Part shown: in pieces, positions 8,958 through 17,394 of the stretch | Numbering within the stretch: the stretch's first letter is position 1 | Layout: the number at the start of each line of letters is the position of its first letter | Virus record (IMG/VR): IMGVR_UViG_3300022690_000584 | Source: a virus | DNA length: 47,488 nucleotides | Strand: one strand, 5' to 3' | The notes under the pieces: model-generated | Told to the model about the DNA's origin: nothing | Seen by the model: only the letters and a program-made list of their open reading frames with translations | The model's database searches: none | Translations under genes and position numbers: made by a program

Positions 8958-8985
8958 TTGACGCTAGGAAAGACTAGAATATAAT
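8958..8985 (+). promoter_or_regulatory. Near-consensus sigma70 promoter
   Basis: TTGACG (8958-8963), 16-nt spacer, TATAAT (8980-8985), with an AT-rich tract upstream. Confidence 0.6.
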
Positions 8986-9108
8986 TAACCTCTCGTTCAC
9001 ACATTGAAACATCGTGTGGGATTTACTGGTAAATCGACTGAGCAGGACACTCGGGGTATTTGAAAAGCCATTGGTACTATTTTACCACCAGTAAATTATA
9101 ACTATTAC

Positions 9109-9187
9109 ATCGACGTACGCAAATTGGTAATCCGCCGACTAAGCGTTATGCCGGTATTTGCAGGTTCGAGTCCTGCCGTCGATACCA
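9109..9187 (+). tRNA. tRNA-like element / possibly degenerate tRNA (anticodon not assignable)
   Basis: Perfect 7-bp acceptor stem (ATCGACG with CGTCGAT). D-arm CGCA-AATTGGTAA-TCCG with one mismatch. Canonical T-arm GCAGG-TTCGAGT-CCTGC. Discriminator A and an encoded CCA. No canonical 5-bp/7-nt anticodon arm can be drawn from the 25 nt in between. Confidence 0.45.
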
Positions 9188-9342
9188 AATTCATGAAGTA
9201 TCAAGCAGTGTTAGCGATGCCCTAGTTAACATTAAAAATCTGCCGTAAAAGCCGGTTTGAGGAGCCATTATTTTAAATAAGAATATTAGAGTTTCAATTG
9301 CTCTACAAAATGGTAGGTTTACCGATATTTTTATTATAATCA

Positions 9343-9368
9343 AAACCCTCTTAATTGAGGGTTTTTTA
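9343..9368 (+). terminator. Rho-independent terminator
   Basis: AAACCCTC-ttaatt-GAGGGTTT followed by a T-run. Confidence 0.8.
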
Positions 9369-9430
9369 TTACCCACAATTCCATGCTACAATACTATCGA
9401 ATTAATTATAAATTACTCGGAGCATAAAAC

Positions 9431-9919
9431 ATGGCGATTTGTAGCACTTCCACAAATAACCCAGGCAAAAACGTTGCTGTCGAATTCGCTATTGGTTGTG
9501 GCGATGATGATTTTTTAACTAACACTTACAAACCACTAGGAACGATAAACGCTAAGGATTTAACTTTTGCTGCTGTTGAAACTGACAATACCAATGATCT
9601 ATCTGGCTCTACATCTTCATCAATTATAGTTAGAACTAGCTTCGATTTAACGGTTGCTGGTTTTACAACTAATGTCGATTCTGCAACTTCTGCGCAAAAC
9701 GAATTAGTAACTTATTACTTTGCTGAGCTCCAAGCAGGAAGACAACCAACCGTCTGGATAAAAATATCTGGCCCAAACTACCCTAGAACCTGGCATATTT
9801 TTATGAATTACAAAGGCGGCGGGGAAGGGTTTGGCACTGATGATCTGCAAAGTATCTCATTTGACTTTAGTGTTACCGATACGGGCACGGCAATTAATAA
9901 CGCAGTAAACTTAAGTTAA
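9431..9919 (+). CDS. Major tail (tube) protein
   Basis: 162 aa with GGAG upstream. It lies immediately before the chaperone and tape measure genes. Called from position and composition. Confidence 0.6.
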   Translation: MAICSTSTNNPGKNVAVEFAIGCGDDDFLTNTYKPLGTINAKDLTFAAVETDNTNDLSGSTSSSIIVRTSFDLTVAGFTTNVDSATSAQNELVTYYFAELQAGRQPTVWIKISGPNYPRTWHIFMNYKGGGEGFGTDDLQSISFDFSVTDTGTAINNAVNLS

Positions 9920-10491
9920 TGCTAAAAAATTACGGGCATGCGTCAATAAAATGGCAAGGTGAAGAATATCACCTTGCTCCTACCTTTGCCAATATTGCAA
10001 AAATTGGTACGCCTACCGAGATAATATACGATTTCAAGTCGTTCATTTCTACTGATAACATTTGGCACAAATTTAATATTTCCTTGGTTGTATTGGATGC
10101 CTGTAGTGATAAAAAAATACCAGAAGAATTAACCGGAAGAATGCAGTTCAGTGAGCGCCAACAGAAATTCTTATATGTTAAACCTTCTCACGGGTTACCA
10201 ATGATAAACGATGTCATTGTACTTGCTGAGCATTGTTTTCTGCACGGCGTTTGTGGAAAGTCTGATAAAAAGGGCAAAGGTGAGGCTATCGATTCTTTTG
10301 ATGTATATGAGTACATGGAGCTTGCCAGGGTTCATCTTGGATTGTCTTCCGAAGAAGCCGGTAACATGACCATGACTGAATTCGTCAGAATGACAGATGC
10401 TAAATTTCCACCTCAAAATAATGGCGAAGTTACCAAAGAAGAAAGCGACGATCTTTTTGGTTGGCTTCAAGAAAAAAATAAGGTTCACTAA
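9919..10491 (+). CDS. Tail assembly chaperone (gpG-like)
   Basis: It sits between the major tail and tape measure genes, and its stop overlaps the tape measure start (TAATG). The C-terminus is acidic. Confidence 0.5.
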   Translation: MLKNYGHASIKWQGEEYHLAPTFANIAKIGTPTEIIYDFKSFISTDNIWHKFNISLVVLDACSDKKIPEELTGRMQFSERQQKFLYVKPSHGLPMINDVIVLAEHCFLHGVCGKSDKKGKGEAIDSFDVYEYMELARVHLGLSSEEAGNMTMTEFVRMTDAKFPPQNNGEVTKEESDDLFGWLQEKNKVH

Positions 10492-12782
10492 TGGCTAATG
10501 CTGGTTCTATTGAGTATATCGTTGAAGCTGATACAGCGGCAATGCTAAAGGCTGAAGCCGTGGTGAATAAATCTTTAAATAAAATAACTAAAGATTTCGA
10601 CAAAGCCGACAAGTCAGTAAGGAAGTTTGAAAAGACACAAAAGTCAGCCGGTAACTCAATAAACGTTATGGGTCAGGTTTTAGATAAAAATGGCAATATA
10701 GTTGTAGGGCTAACACTTAAATACAGGAAACTAGCAAACGAAGCAAGTAATTCATTTAACAAATTAAGCACTAAAGTTTCAAAAAGCGTAAAAGGTGTAA
10801 ACAAAGGCCTTGCAGGAATGAGTAGGAATGCTGGTCAAGCCGGTATACAATTTCAACAATTTATAGGGCAAGTTCAGGGTGGTCAAAATGCACTTTTAGC
10901 ATTTTCACAACAAGGCGCCGATTTAGGTATTGTTTTAGGTCTTCCTTTAGTTGGTGCAATAGTAGGTATATCGGCATCAATTCTCGGATTGCTGTTACCT
11001 ACACTATTTAAATCTAAAAATAGCATGACTGAGTTAGAGGAAATAGCTAAAAAACTTGGTAAAACATTAAAAGAAACTGCTGATGGAACGAATGTTTTAT
11101 CTGAAAGAATACTTAAACTAGCAAAAAGATCTGAATCACTAGCCAAGATAGAAATATCTAAAGGTATTGTAAATTCAGAAGATCAGATCAAGAAGTCAAT
11201 AAAAGCAATAACCGAAACAGTTGAAAAAGGTAATTTCACCTTTAGAGAATCATATTCAGAGACCTTTGACGCTGTACTAAATTCAACAACAAAAACTTAT
11301 GATGAAGTATTAAAGTCAACAAGATCGTTTACGGGTCTTTTAGACAAAGGATTAAGAGGTGCTTCATTAAATGAAATTGGCGCATTAGAAAGGAACACAA
11401 GAGCTTTAAGGAAAGAGTTTGGCCTCAGCCAAGAACAAGCAATTAGGCTTGGTGTTTCCGTATCAAATGTCTTTACGGATAAATCTATTTTATCAGCAAA
11501 ATCTCTTGAAAACGTACTTTCTGATTTAAACGATGAAACAGTTGGAGCAAACAAAAAGCTTGTAAATTTATCATCGTCTTTAATTCCATTATTTCAAAAG
11601 ATATTTGCCGGTGTAGATAATGTAAACCTATTAAGACAGGCTTTTACTGATCTAGGTGCAGCACTAGAAAAAGGTGAAAAGGAAGTATCTAAATACGATG
11701 AAACTATCAAAGGTATAGAGCAATCGTTAAAAGCTCAAACTGTAGCCCTGGAAGAGGGAGAAGAGGCCGCATTTAGATTCGCCATTGCTCAACAACTGGG
11801 GTTAAAAGTTGGCGAACAAATACCAGCTTCACTTGATAAGCAGATCGCCGCATTATTTGAATTAAAAGAAGCACAAGAAGCAACCAGAGAAGATGAGGTA
11901 GCAACAAAAACACTTAAAGGTAAAGTTCTGTTTCTGGGTATTGATGAAGAAGAGAAGCTAACAGCTAAATTTGAAAGGGAAAATGAGCTACTACGTCAGG
12001 CTAGAGAAAAAGACATATTAACTGAACTTGATTTTTTAGAAAGAAAAGAAGTACTTGAGTCTCAGCACGAAGCAAACTTAAAAAAATTGAGAGACAAATC
12101 AACCAATGATGCAATATTAAATTTTGAAGCGCTAGAGAATCAAGTTATAGGCACATTTGCCAGTATAGCGTCAGGTGCGCAAGAGGGTGAGTCAGCTATA
12201 AAAAGCCTTGCACAATCAATATTAACCCAAATGCTTGGCGCCTTGATAAAGTTAGGAATACAGGCTGTCGTGGGTCAAACAACCGTCGCAGCAACCACCA
12301 TTGCAACTGCTGGCGCTATGTCTGCAGCTTTAGCAACTCCGGCGGCGCTAATGTCACTTGCTACCGCTGGAGCCAATTCCGTCCCTGCTTCTGCTGGTAT
12401 AACCGCAACCGTTGGTTTAGCTAATGGCTTGGCCATACCAGGTTTAGAGCATGGCGGAGCAGCACAAGCCGGTAAGCTATTTCAAGTTGGTGAAGGTGGC
12501 AAACCTGAAATATTCACATCTGGCGGTAAAAACTTCATGATCCCAGGTGATAGTGGAACGGTAACATCTAACGATGATGCTTTCGGAAACCAACAAGTTC
12601 AAATGAATGTTACAATTGAAAATAATGTTTCAAACGCTGATATTCAAACAAGAATGAGCGAGGATGGTAGAAATATGAGGATAATGATTAATGAAGTTGC
12701 CAGCCAGATCAATTCTGGTCAAGGTGCGATATCGAAAGCATTAAGAAATTCAACCAATACCACATTTAGGGCTAACAGATAA
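10491..12782 (+). CDS. Tail tape measure protein
   Basis: 763 aa with long coiled-coil stretches, a central hydrophobic Gly/Ala-rich segment and a C-terminal AAxAA-rich region, in the canonical position. At about 0.15 nm per residue the length suggests a tail of about 115 nm (inference). Confidence 0.85.
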   Translation: MANAGSIEYIVEADTAAMLKAEAVVNKSLNKITKDFDKADKSVRKFEKTQKSAGNSINVMGQVLDKNGNIVVGLTLKYRKLANEASNSFNKLSTKVSKSVKGVNKGLAGMSRNAGQAGIQFQQFIGQVQGGQNALLAFSQQGADLGIVLGLPLVGAIVGISASILGLLLPTLFKSKNSMTELEEIAKKLGKTLKETADGTNVLSERILKLAKRSESLAKIEISKGIVNSEDQIKKSIKAITETVEKGNFTFRESYSETFDAVLNSTTKTYDEVLKSTRSFTGLLDKGLRGASLNEIGALERNTRALRKEFGLSQEQAIRLGVSVSNVFTDKSILSAKSLENVLSDLNDETVGANKKLVNLSSSLIPLFQKIFAGVDNVNLLRQAFTDLGAALEKGEKEVSKYDETIKGIEQSLKAQTVALEEGEEAAFRFAIAQQLGLKVGEQIPASLDKQIAALFELKEAQEATREDEVATKTLKGKVLFLGIDEEEKLTAKFERENELLRQAREKDILTELDFLERKEVLESQHEANLKKLRDKSTNDAILNFEALENQVIGTFASIASGAQEGESAIKSLAQSILTQMLGALIKLGIQAVVGQTTVAATTIATAGAMSAALATPAALMSLATAGANSVPASAGITATVGLANGLAIPGLEHGGAAQAGKLFQVGEGGKPEIFTSGGKNFMIPGDSGTVTSNDDAFGNQQVQMNVTIENNVSNADIQTRMSEDGRNMRIMINEVASQINSGQGAISKALRNSTNTTFRANR

Positions 12783-13300
12783 TGGCATTAATTGAATATC
12801 CTTGTAAGCTGCCTGACTTTAAGCTTGGCAAAAGAAGGCATGAGCAGCAAACGTTCAGGACTAATCAACCTTTTGCCGGGCAGTTATTTATCGAGCATAT
12901 CACCGATGATACCCCTGTTACATGGGAGGTAACAATAACAGCTGTAGGGAGAACGCAAGCAAGAATGTTTCAGGATTTTTTGCGTCAAATATGTGACGGT
13001 AGCCCATTTAATAAATGCATACTTACCGAGGAAGGTTTTATAGTTCATGAAGTAAGATTTATTGAATTTCCATTATCACCCGTTCAAATAGGAACCGGAC
13101 AAGCTTGGGAATATTCAGGCGTAATATATGCAACAAAATTAATACAAGAAGATGCCTTGATCTGCGCACCTGGATTGATAGCGAATAATTTAGATGATGC
13201 AGCTTGTTTAGATAGGATAGTTAACAGCATTTGGCCACGTGTTAATATTCCACCGCCTTTGCTTGATTTTTCCATTAACCAAAATTGGCCGGAAGTATAA
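12782..13300 (+). CDS. Putative distal tail / minor tail protein
   Basis: It lies immediately downstream of the tape measure gene (TAATG overlap). Called from position only. Confidence 0.45.
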   Translation: MALIEYPCKLPDFKLGKRRHEQQTFRTNQPFAGQLFIEHITDDTPVTWEVTITAVGRTQARMFQDFLRQICDGSPFNKCILTEEGFIVHEVRFIEFPLSPVQIGTGQAWEYSGVIYATKLIQEDALICAPGLIANNLDDAACLDRIVNSIWPRVNIPPPLLDFSINQNWPEV

Positions 13301-13821
13301 TGACAACACCATTTTATAGTGATCAGCAACGTGAGTATTGGGTTAAAAGACCAGGGGACATAAAGCTATTCCAGTTTTGGACGGTTGAATTTCAACATCC
13401 TGATTTTGGCTTTGTGAGATTGGTTGAAAATCAATTTGTTGATAAGCAATTTGATGTTGATGGAACATTGGAAACTTTCACCGCTGTTTCAATGCAGGTG
13501 CCAAAGGTAACCAATCAAGAAACAGATACCACTAAAGCAGGAACAATAATTTTTGGTAGAATAGGTATACAGTTCAGAAGAAAGTTATTCATGATCACGC
13601 CACTAGGGGCTATAACATCACCAATAACAGTCAAACTTAGGCAGTATCAAAAGAATTTAGTTAGTCCAATTTACGAGCGCAGACTTTACGTTGCTAAGGA
13701 TGGTATAAGTATAACTGCTGAGAATGTGAATGTGAGGCTATCGGTTGATAACCCCGCTAAATTGACGCAGGAATCACAGTTTTATGATCCTAGTATTTGG
13801 ATTGGCTTACGGGCTATCTAG
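13285..13821 (+). CDS. Putative minor tail (gpL-like/hub) protein
   Basis: Called from its position in the tail-tip module. It overlaps the upstream gene. Confidence 0.4.
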   Translation: MAGSIMTTPFYSDQQREYWVKRPGDIKLFQFWTVEFQHPDFGFVRLVENQFVDKQFDVDGTLETFTAVSMQVPKVTNQETDTTKAGTIIFGRIGIQFRRKLFMITPLGAITSPITVKLRQYQKNLVSPIYERRLYVAKDGISITAENVNVRLSVDNPAKLTQESQFYDPSIWIGLRAI

Positions 13822-14098
13822 GTATTGACTTATGTGAGCAACCTTTATTTCCCTCGGCAATATACCCTTTATAAAAATCAGGTTTATTCATTACGGGTTG
13901 CTCGTCGTTAACTACTAATCTTGTAACGTCAAACCAATTACCCTCCTGAGTTTTACCTTCTTTACATACTGGTGGTGTTATTACAGCTTGAACGCAACCG
14001 TATAAGTCGAATGAAACTGTAGTTATAACTCCTGAAAAACCTGTTACGGCATCTTTTGCTTTTTTACCTAATAATTCAATGTGCTTATTACTTTGCAT
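13814..14098 (-). CDS. Hypothetical protein (antisense insert in the tail module)
   Basis: 94-aa ORF on the opposite strand, overlapping its upstream partner by 11 nt. Confidence 0.5.
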   Translation of the reverse strand: MQSNKHIELLGKKAKDAVTGFSGVITTVSFDLYGCVQAVITPPVCKEGKTQEGNWFDVTRLVVNDEQPVMNKPDFYKGYIAEGNKGCSHKSIPR

Positions 14099-14357
14099 CT
14101 TTATTTTCTCCGTTTTTGTATTTAGCCAGTTCGGCCTTTAATTCGGCAATTTCTTGCTCTGGTGATTTGTAATCAACCGCGTAAAATTTTGATTTTATTT
14201 CTTCGTTACTTATGGGTGGATCGTAATTTATTTCTTCAATTTTAACCCAACCCAGAGGTAAACCAGCACCACAAATTAAAGAATCAAAATAATAAATAGG
14301 ACTACCATCAGAATTTAGTCCTGTAACGTAAACATGTACTTTTATTTGGTTATCCAT
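14088..14357 (-). CDS. Hypothetical protein (antisense insert in the tail module)
   Basis: 89-aa ORF with AAGGGAAA upstream of the ATG on the minus strand. Confidence 0.5.
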   Translation of the reverse strand: MDNQIKVHVYVTGLNSDGSPIYYFDSLICGAGLPLGWVKIEEINYDPPISNEEIKSKFYAVDYKSPEQEIAELKAELAKYKNGENKDAK

Positions 14358-14458
14358 TAATTTCCCTTAATAAGGTTTTAAACATAATGCTAACACATGT
14401 AAACATAATATCAATACCTATTTTATGTTAAACTTAATAAAAATATAAAGGGGCATTT

Positions 14459-14875
14459 ATGGATCAGCATGAATTTATAAGTAAAACGTTACATTTACCA
14501 TGGGTGAATCGGCAATCAAGTTTTATCTCGGTCGATTGCTGGGGGTTAGTTTTACTCTACTATAATCATGTTTTATGCATTAAATTACCTGAGATAAAAG
14601 GATACAAAAAAGGAAGTTGCGACACTGGTCAGGGTTGGGATAATGGCATTGACCAGTGGGATAAATTAGAAATACCAGAGCAAAACGCAATATTTACATG
14701 CTACAAATCAGGTAGACCAATTCATGTTGGCATATTAATTTCAAAAACAAAAGTTTTGCACGCCAGAGGATTTATTGATAATCCTGGTAAAGTTGAAATT
14801 CATAGTGTAAGAGCAATTGAAGCTATATATGGTAAAATGACTTATCACAAATTTAAAGGTTTGAATAATGCCTAA
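14459..14875 (+). CDS. Tail-associated NlpC/P60 family cell-wall peptidase (gpK / GTA g14-like position)
   Basis: Catalytic Cys context VDCWGLV and His context PIHVGILIS...VLHA. AAAGGGG upstream of the ATG. It lies between the hub-like and J-like genes. Confidence 0.75.
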   Translation: MDQHEFISKTLHLPWVNRQSSFISVDCWGLVLLYYNHVLCIKLPEIKGYKKGSCDTGQGWDNGIDQWDKLEIPEQNAIFTCYKSGRPIHVGILISKTKVLHARGFIDNPGKVEIHSVRAIEAIYGKMTYHKFKGLNNA

Positions 14876-17384
14876 GCTAATTATACAAAACGGTCAGGCT
14901 AGTTATAGCAGTAAAGAAATATTTGATTTCGACGATGGGTTAAATGCTACCCAAATGATAATGAAGCATTTTCCTGATGGCGTCGATCCTGATAGTTATG
15001 ACATTTATATAAACCGTGAAAAGATTAACCTGTACGATGAGCCTGATGAAAAATTATTCATGGCTTTATCAGATCATATAGTGACGGTTATCAATGAGGT
15101 TAAAGGCGTTGGAGTTGTTGCTGGTAATCTTGCATCTGTTTTTGTTGCTTCAAATATTATTTTAGCATTTGTCCCAAAATTACCGGGCAACGTTGGTCAG
15201 AGAAAAGATAGCCCGAATAATAACCTTCAAGCTCAGACGAATATAGCAAGACCATATCAGGCATACCCTTTGATTTTTGGTAGTCCGAGAGCTTTCCCAG
15301 ACTTGACTGGTGAGCCGATAATTGAATACGTAGAAAATCAAAAAATAGTAACTCAGTTTATGAATATTGGCGTTGGTCTATTCGATATAACTCAGATAAG
15401 GGCAGGAGAAACACCTCTTGGTAACTTTGTCGGGGCATCATCAACTATATTCGAGCCCGTAAATAGAGTTGTTACCGTGCCAGAATTGACCACGTCATTT
15501 GCATCTAATGAGGTTGACGGTCAGGAGTTGTTAGGAATAAATGAAGGTGCAAGCGGTGTAACATATAACCTTGTTGAAAGTGGCGTTGGTAATGCTGATT
15601 TTGCGGGGTTGGCTTTTGTGTTTGATGTTTTAAAGGACGTTGAATCAGACGCATTAAAAGCTGCTTTTGATGCTGCAGCATCCTATCATTTAGATTTGCA
15701 ATACAATAGGGATGTGGACGGTCTTGGGAACTTTCAATTATCTAGTGGGTCTGGTGCCGTATCTTCTGTCGTTTTAGATGGATTCATGACATTTTACACC
15801 ATAACAATAGATAATTTCACAGGACCGGCATCTAATCCAACTGCATCACCTAAATATCAAGGTCCATTTGTTGCTACTGAAAAAAGCGGTCTAATTATTG
15901 GCCCGATAAAATCAGCTGTTGACGCTTCTGAATTATGGCTTGATATTATTTTTCAGCGAGGGTTGAAAGGAACTGTTGATATAGAACTTACTACTCAAGA
16001 GCTTGACGGTCAAGGAGGTTTGCCAATTGGCGCGCCTGTTGTTGATAACTTTTCATTCACTGATGATACATTAGAGCAGTTGTTTTTCACTCATAAAAAA
16101 GTATTTTCAACTAAACAATTTTTTCAATTCTCAGTACAAAGAACTAATGAAGCATTGCAGAATTCAAGCACTCCAGATCAAGCAAAATTTGAAGCGGCTA
16201 AGTCGATTAATAACTTTACTAATTTGACATTTCAAAATAATACATTGATAAAAATTGTGGTTCCTGCAACGGTAAACGCTACTTCATTACGTGAAAATCA
16301 AATAAACTTATCACTTACTAGTAAATTAATCACGTATGACGGTGTTAATGTAGTAACGACGCCTACAGCATCCAGAAAAATGGCGGACGCTTTATTGCAC
16401 ATGTACGTTGATTTTTTCGGCTTAGATCCGAACACGCTTGCACTTGATGAGCTTTACGAAATACAAAACAGACTTGATTTAGCAAACCCCGCTCTTGCAT
16501 CATTCGACTTTACATTTGATGATATAGACGTTTCTCTCGATGAAAGAATGGACAGTATATTGCAAGTCTCCAGGTGCTTTAAATGGCTTGATGGTGATGT
16601 TTATAGGTTTGGTAGGGATGATACTAGAGAGTTTGCATCGACGACAATAACTAGGCGCGATTTAGCTACTGAAAGAGATTATTCGATAAGCTTTAACCCT
16701 CAATTATTAGAGGCTTTTGATTCGGTAAAGGTTGAATTTGTCAATCCGGTAACAAACAAAAATGATTATATATTCAGAACGTTCGACGCTAACAGTGTTG
16801 ATCCTGAAAACCCAACGGTTATAGATGGTGTTGGTAGTAACCCTAAAACAATGCAACTAGCTGGTTGTAAAGAATCATTCAATGCCATAAATAGAGCAGA
16901 ACTGGAAATAAGAAAATTAATTTACCAAAGATATGTTTTGACAGATACCATGTTTCCCGTTGGTATGCTTTTAGATAGGGGTGATATGGTTATTTATGCT
17001 GAGCAGTATGACAGTGATCTATTTGACGGTGAAATATTGAGCGTAACTGGTGATATAGCGTCAACAAGTGAATCGATTGATTTTAGTACGGGGCCGTTTG
17101 TTGTTCATTATATGGTTGATGATGGCACCAAGATTGGCCCATTTGACATTACTGAGGTACAAGGTCAGCCATTTAAATTTCAAAGTAATGGGTTGAGTCA
17201 AGTGTTTGTTAAGGATTCAATGCTAGGGTTTGAAATACAAACAGGCTCAAGGTACATAATAGGCAAAACTATTGATATAGATGCGGCTAGGTGGTCTATT
17301 GTTGAAAAAGATGCAGTGGGTAATAATGTACAGTTAACTATGGTAAACTACGATTCAAGAGTTTATGACTTCGATAATTTATAA
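14868..17384 (+). CDS. Tail tip / host-specificity protein (gpJ-like)
   Basis: 838 aa, the largest tail-tip ORF, following the NlpC/P60 gene as in lambda-like and GTA-like tails. Confidence 0.6.
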   Translation: MPKLIIQNGQASYSSKEIFDFDDGLNATQMIMKHFPDGVDPDSYDIYINREKINLYDEPDEKLFMALSDHIVTVINEVKGVGVVAGNLASVFVASNIILAFVPKLPGNVGQRKDSPNNNLQAQTNIARPYQAYPLIFGSPRAFPDLTGEPIIEYVENQKIVTQFMNIGVGLFDITQIRAGETPLGNFVGASSTIFEPVNRVVTVPELTTSFASNEVDGQELLGINEGASGVTYNLVESGVGNADFAGLAFVFDVLKDVESDALKAAFDAAASYHLDLQYNRDVDGLGNFQLSSGSGAVSSVVLDGFMTFYTITIDNFTGPASNPTASPKYQGPFVATEKSGLIIGPIKSAVDASELWLDIIFQRGLKGTVDIELTTQELDGQGGLPIGAPVVDNFSFTDDTLEQLFFTHKKVFSTKQFFQFSVQRTNEALQNSSTPDQAKFEAAKSINNFTNLTFQNNTLIKIVVPATVNATSLRENQINLSLTSKLITYDGVNVVTTPTASRKMADALLHMYVDFFGLDPNTLALDELYEIQNRLDLANPALASFDFTFDDIDVSLDERMDSILQVSRCFKWLDGDVYRFGRDDTREFASTTITRRDLATERDYSISFNPQLLEAFDSVKVEFVNPVTNKNDYIFRTFDANSVDPENPTVIDGVGSNPKTMQLAGCKESFNAINRAELEIRKLIYQRYVLTDTMFPVGMLLDRGDMVIYAEQYDSDLFDGEILSVTGDIASTSESIDFSTGPFVVHYMVDDGTKIGPFDITEVQGQPFKFQSNGLSQVFVKDSMLGFEIQTGSRYIIGKTIDIDAARWSIVEKDAVGNNVQLTMVNYDSRVYDFDNL

Positions 17385-17394
17385 GGCGGATTAA

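Larger units (their letters stand above)
8992..9368 (+). ncRNA. Candidate structured noncoding transcript (about 375 nt) bounded by a promoter and a terminator
   Basis: No credible ORF is present. The region contains multiple stable helices: 8998-9002 with 9014-9018, 9021-9033 with 9081-9096, the tRNA-like element at 9109-9187, and 9287-9291 with 9301-9305. It ends at an intrinsic terminator. Confidence 0.4.

Noticed and set aside
9150-9187. An attP core derived from the 3' end of a host tRNA gene
   Set aside because: I recognised no integrase, excisionase or repressor anywhere in the genome. In addition, the element has its own matching 5' acceptor strand and D-arm. This cannot be fully excluded without the host genome.
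8992-9368. A phage-encoded tmRNA (tRNA-like domain plus a tag ORF such as MKYQAVLAMP at 9193)
   Set aside because: Both acceptor strands lie only ~70 nt apart, so this is a tRNA-sized module rather than one enclosing a tag region. No permuted 5' acceptor strand lies downstream, and the short ORF does not end in a typical ...LAA-type tag.
9191-9376. A 61-aa minus-strand ORF in the noncoding gap
   Set aside because: It is antisense to the predicted transcript and begins just beyond the terminator hairpin, reading across it. It has no SD sequence and is hydrophobic and low-complexity, as expected from AT-rich noise.
10472-10491. Slippery A_AAA_AAT heptamer at the 3' end of the tail chaperone gene, a possible -1 frameshift producing a gpGT-like fusion
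   Set aside because: After a -1 slip the next codon is TAA (10479-10481), so the shift shortens rather than extends the protein. No overlapping plus-strand ORF exists, and the tape measure gene starts at 10491.
10883-11554. Minus-strand ORFs (10883-11146, 11297-11554, 10195-10488, 10430-10612) within the chaperone and tape measure region
   Set aside because: They are antisense shadows within a continuous 763-aa coiled-coil gene and its upstream chaperone gene.
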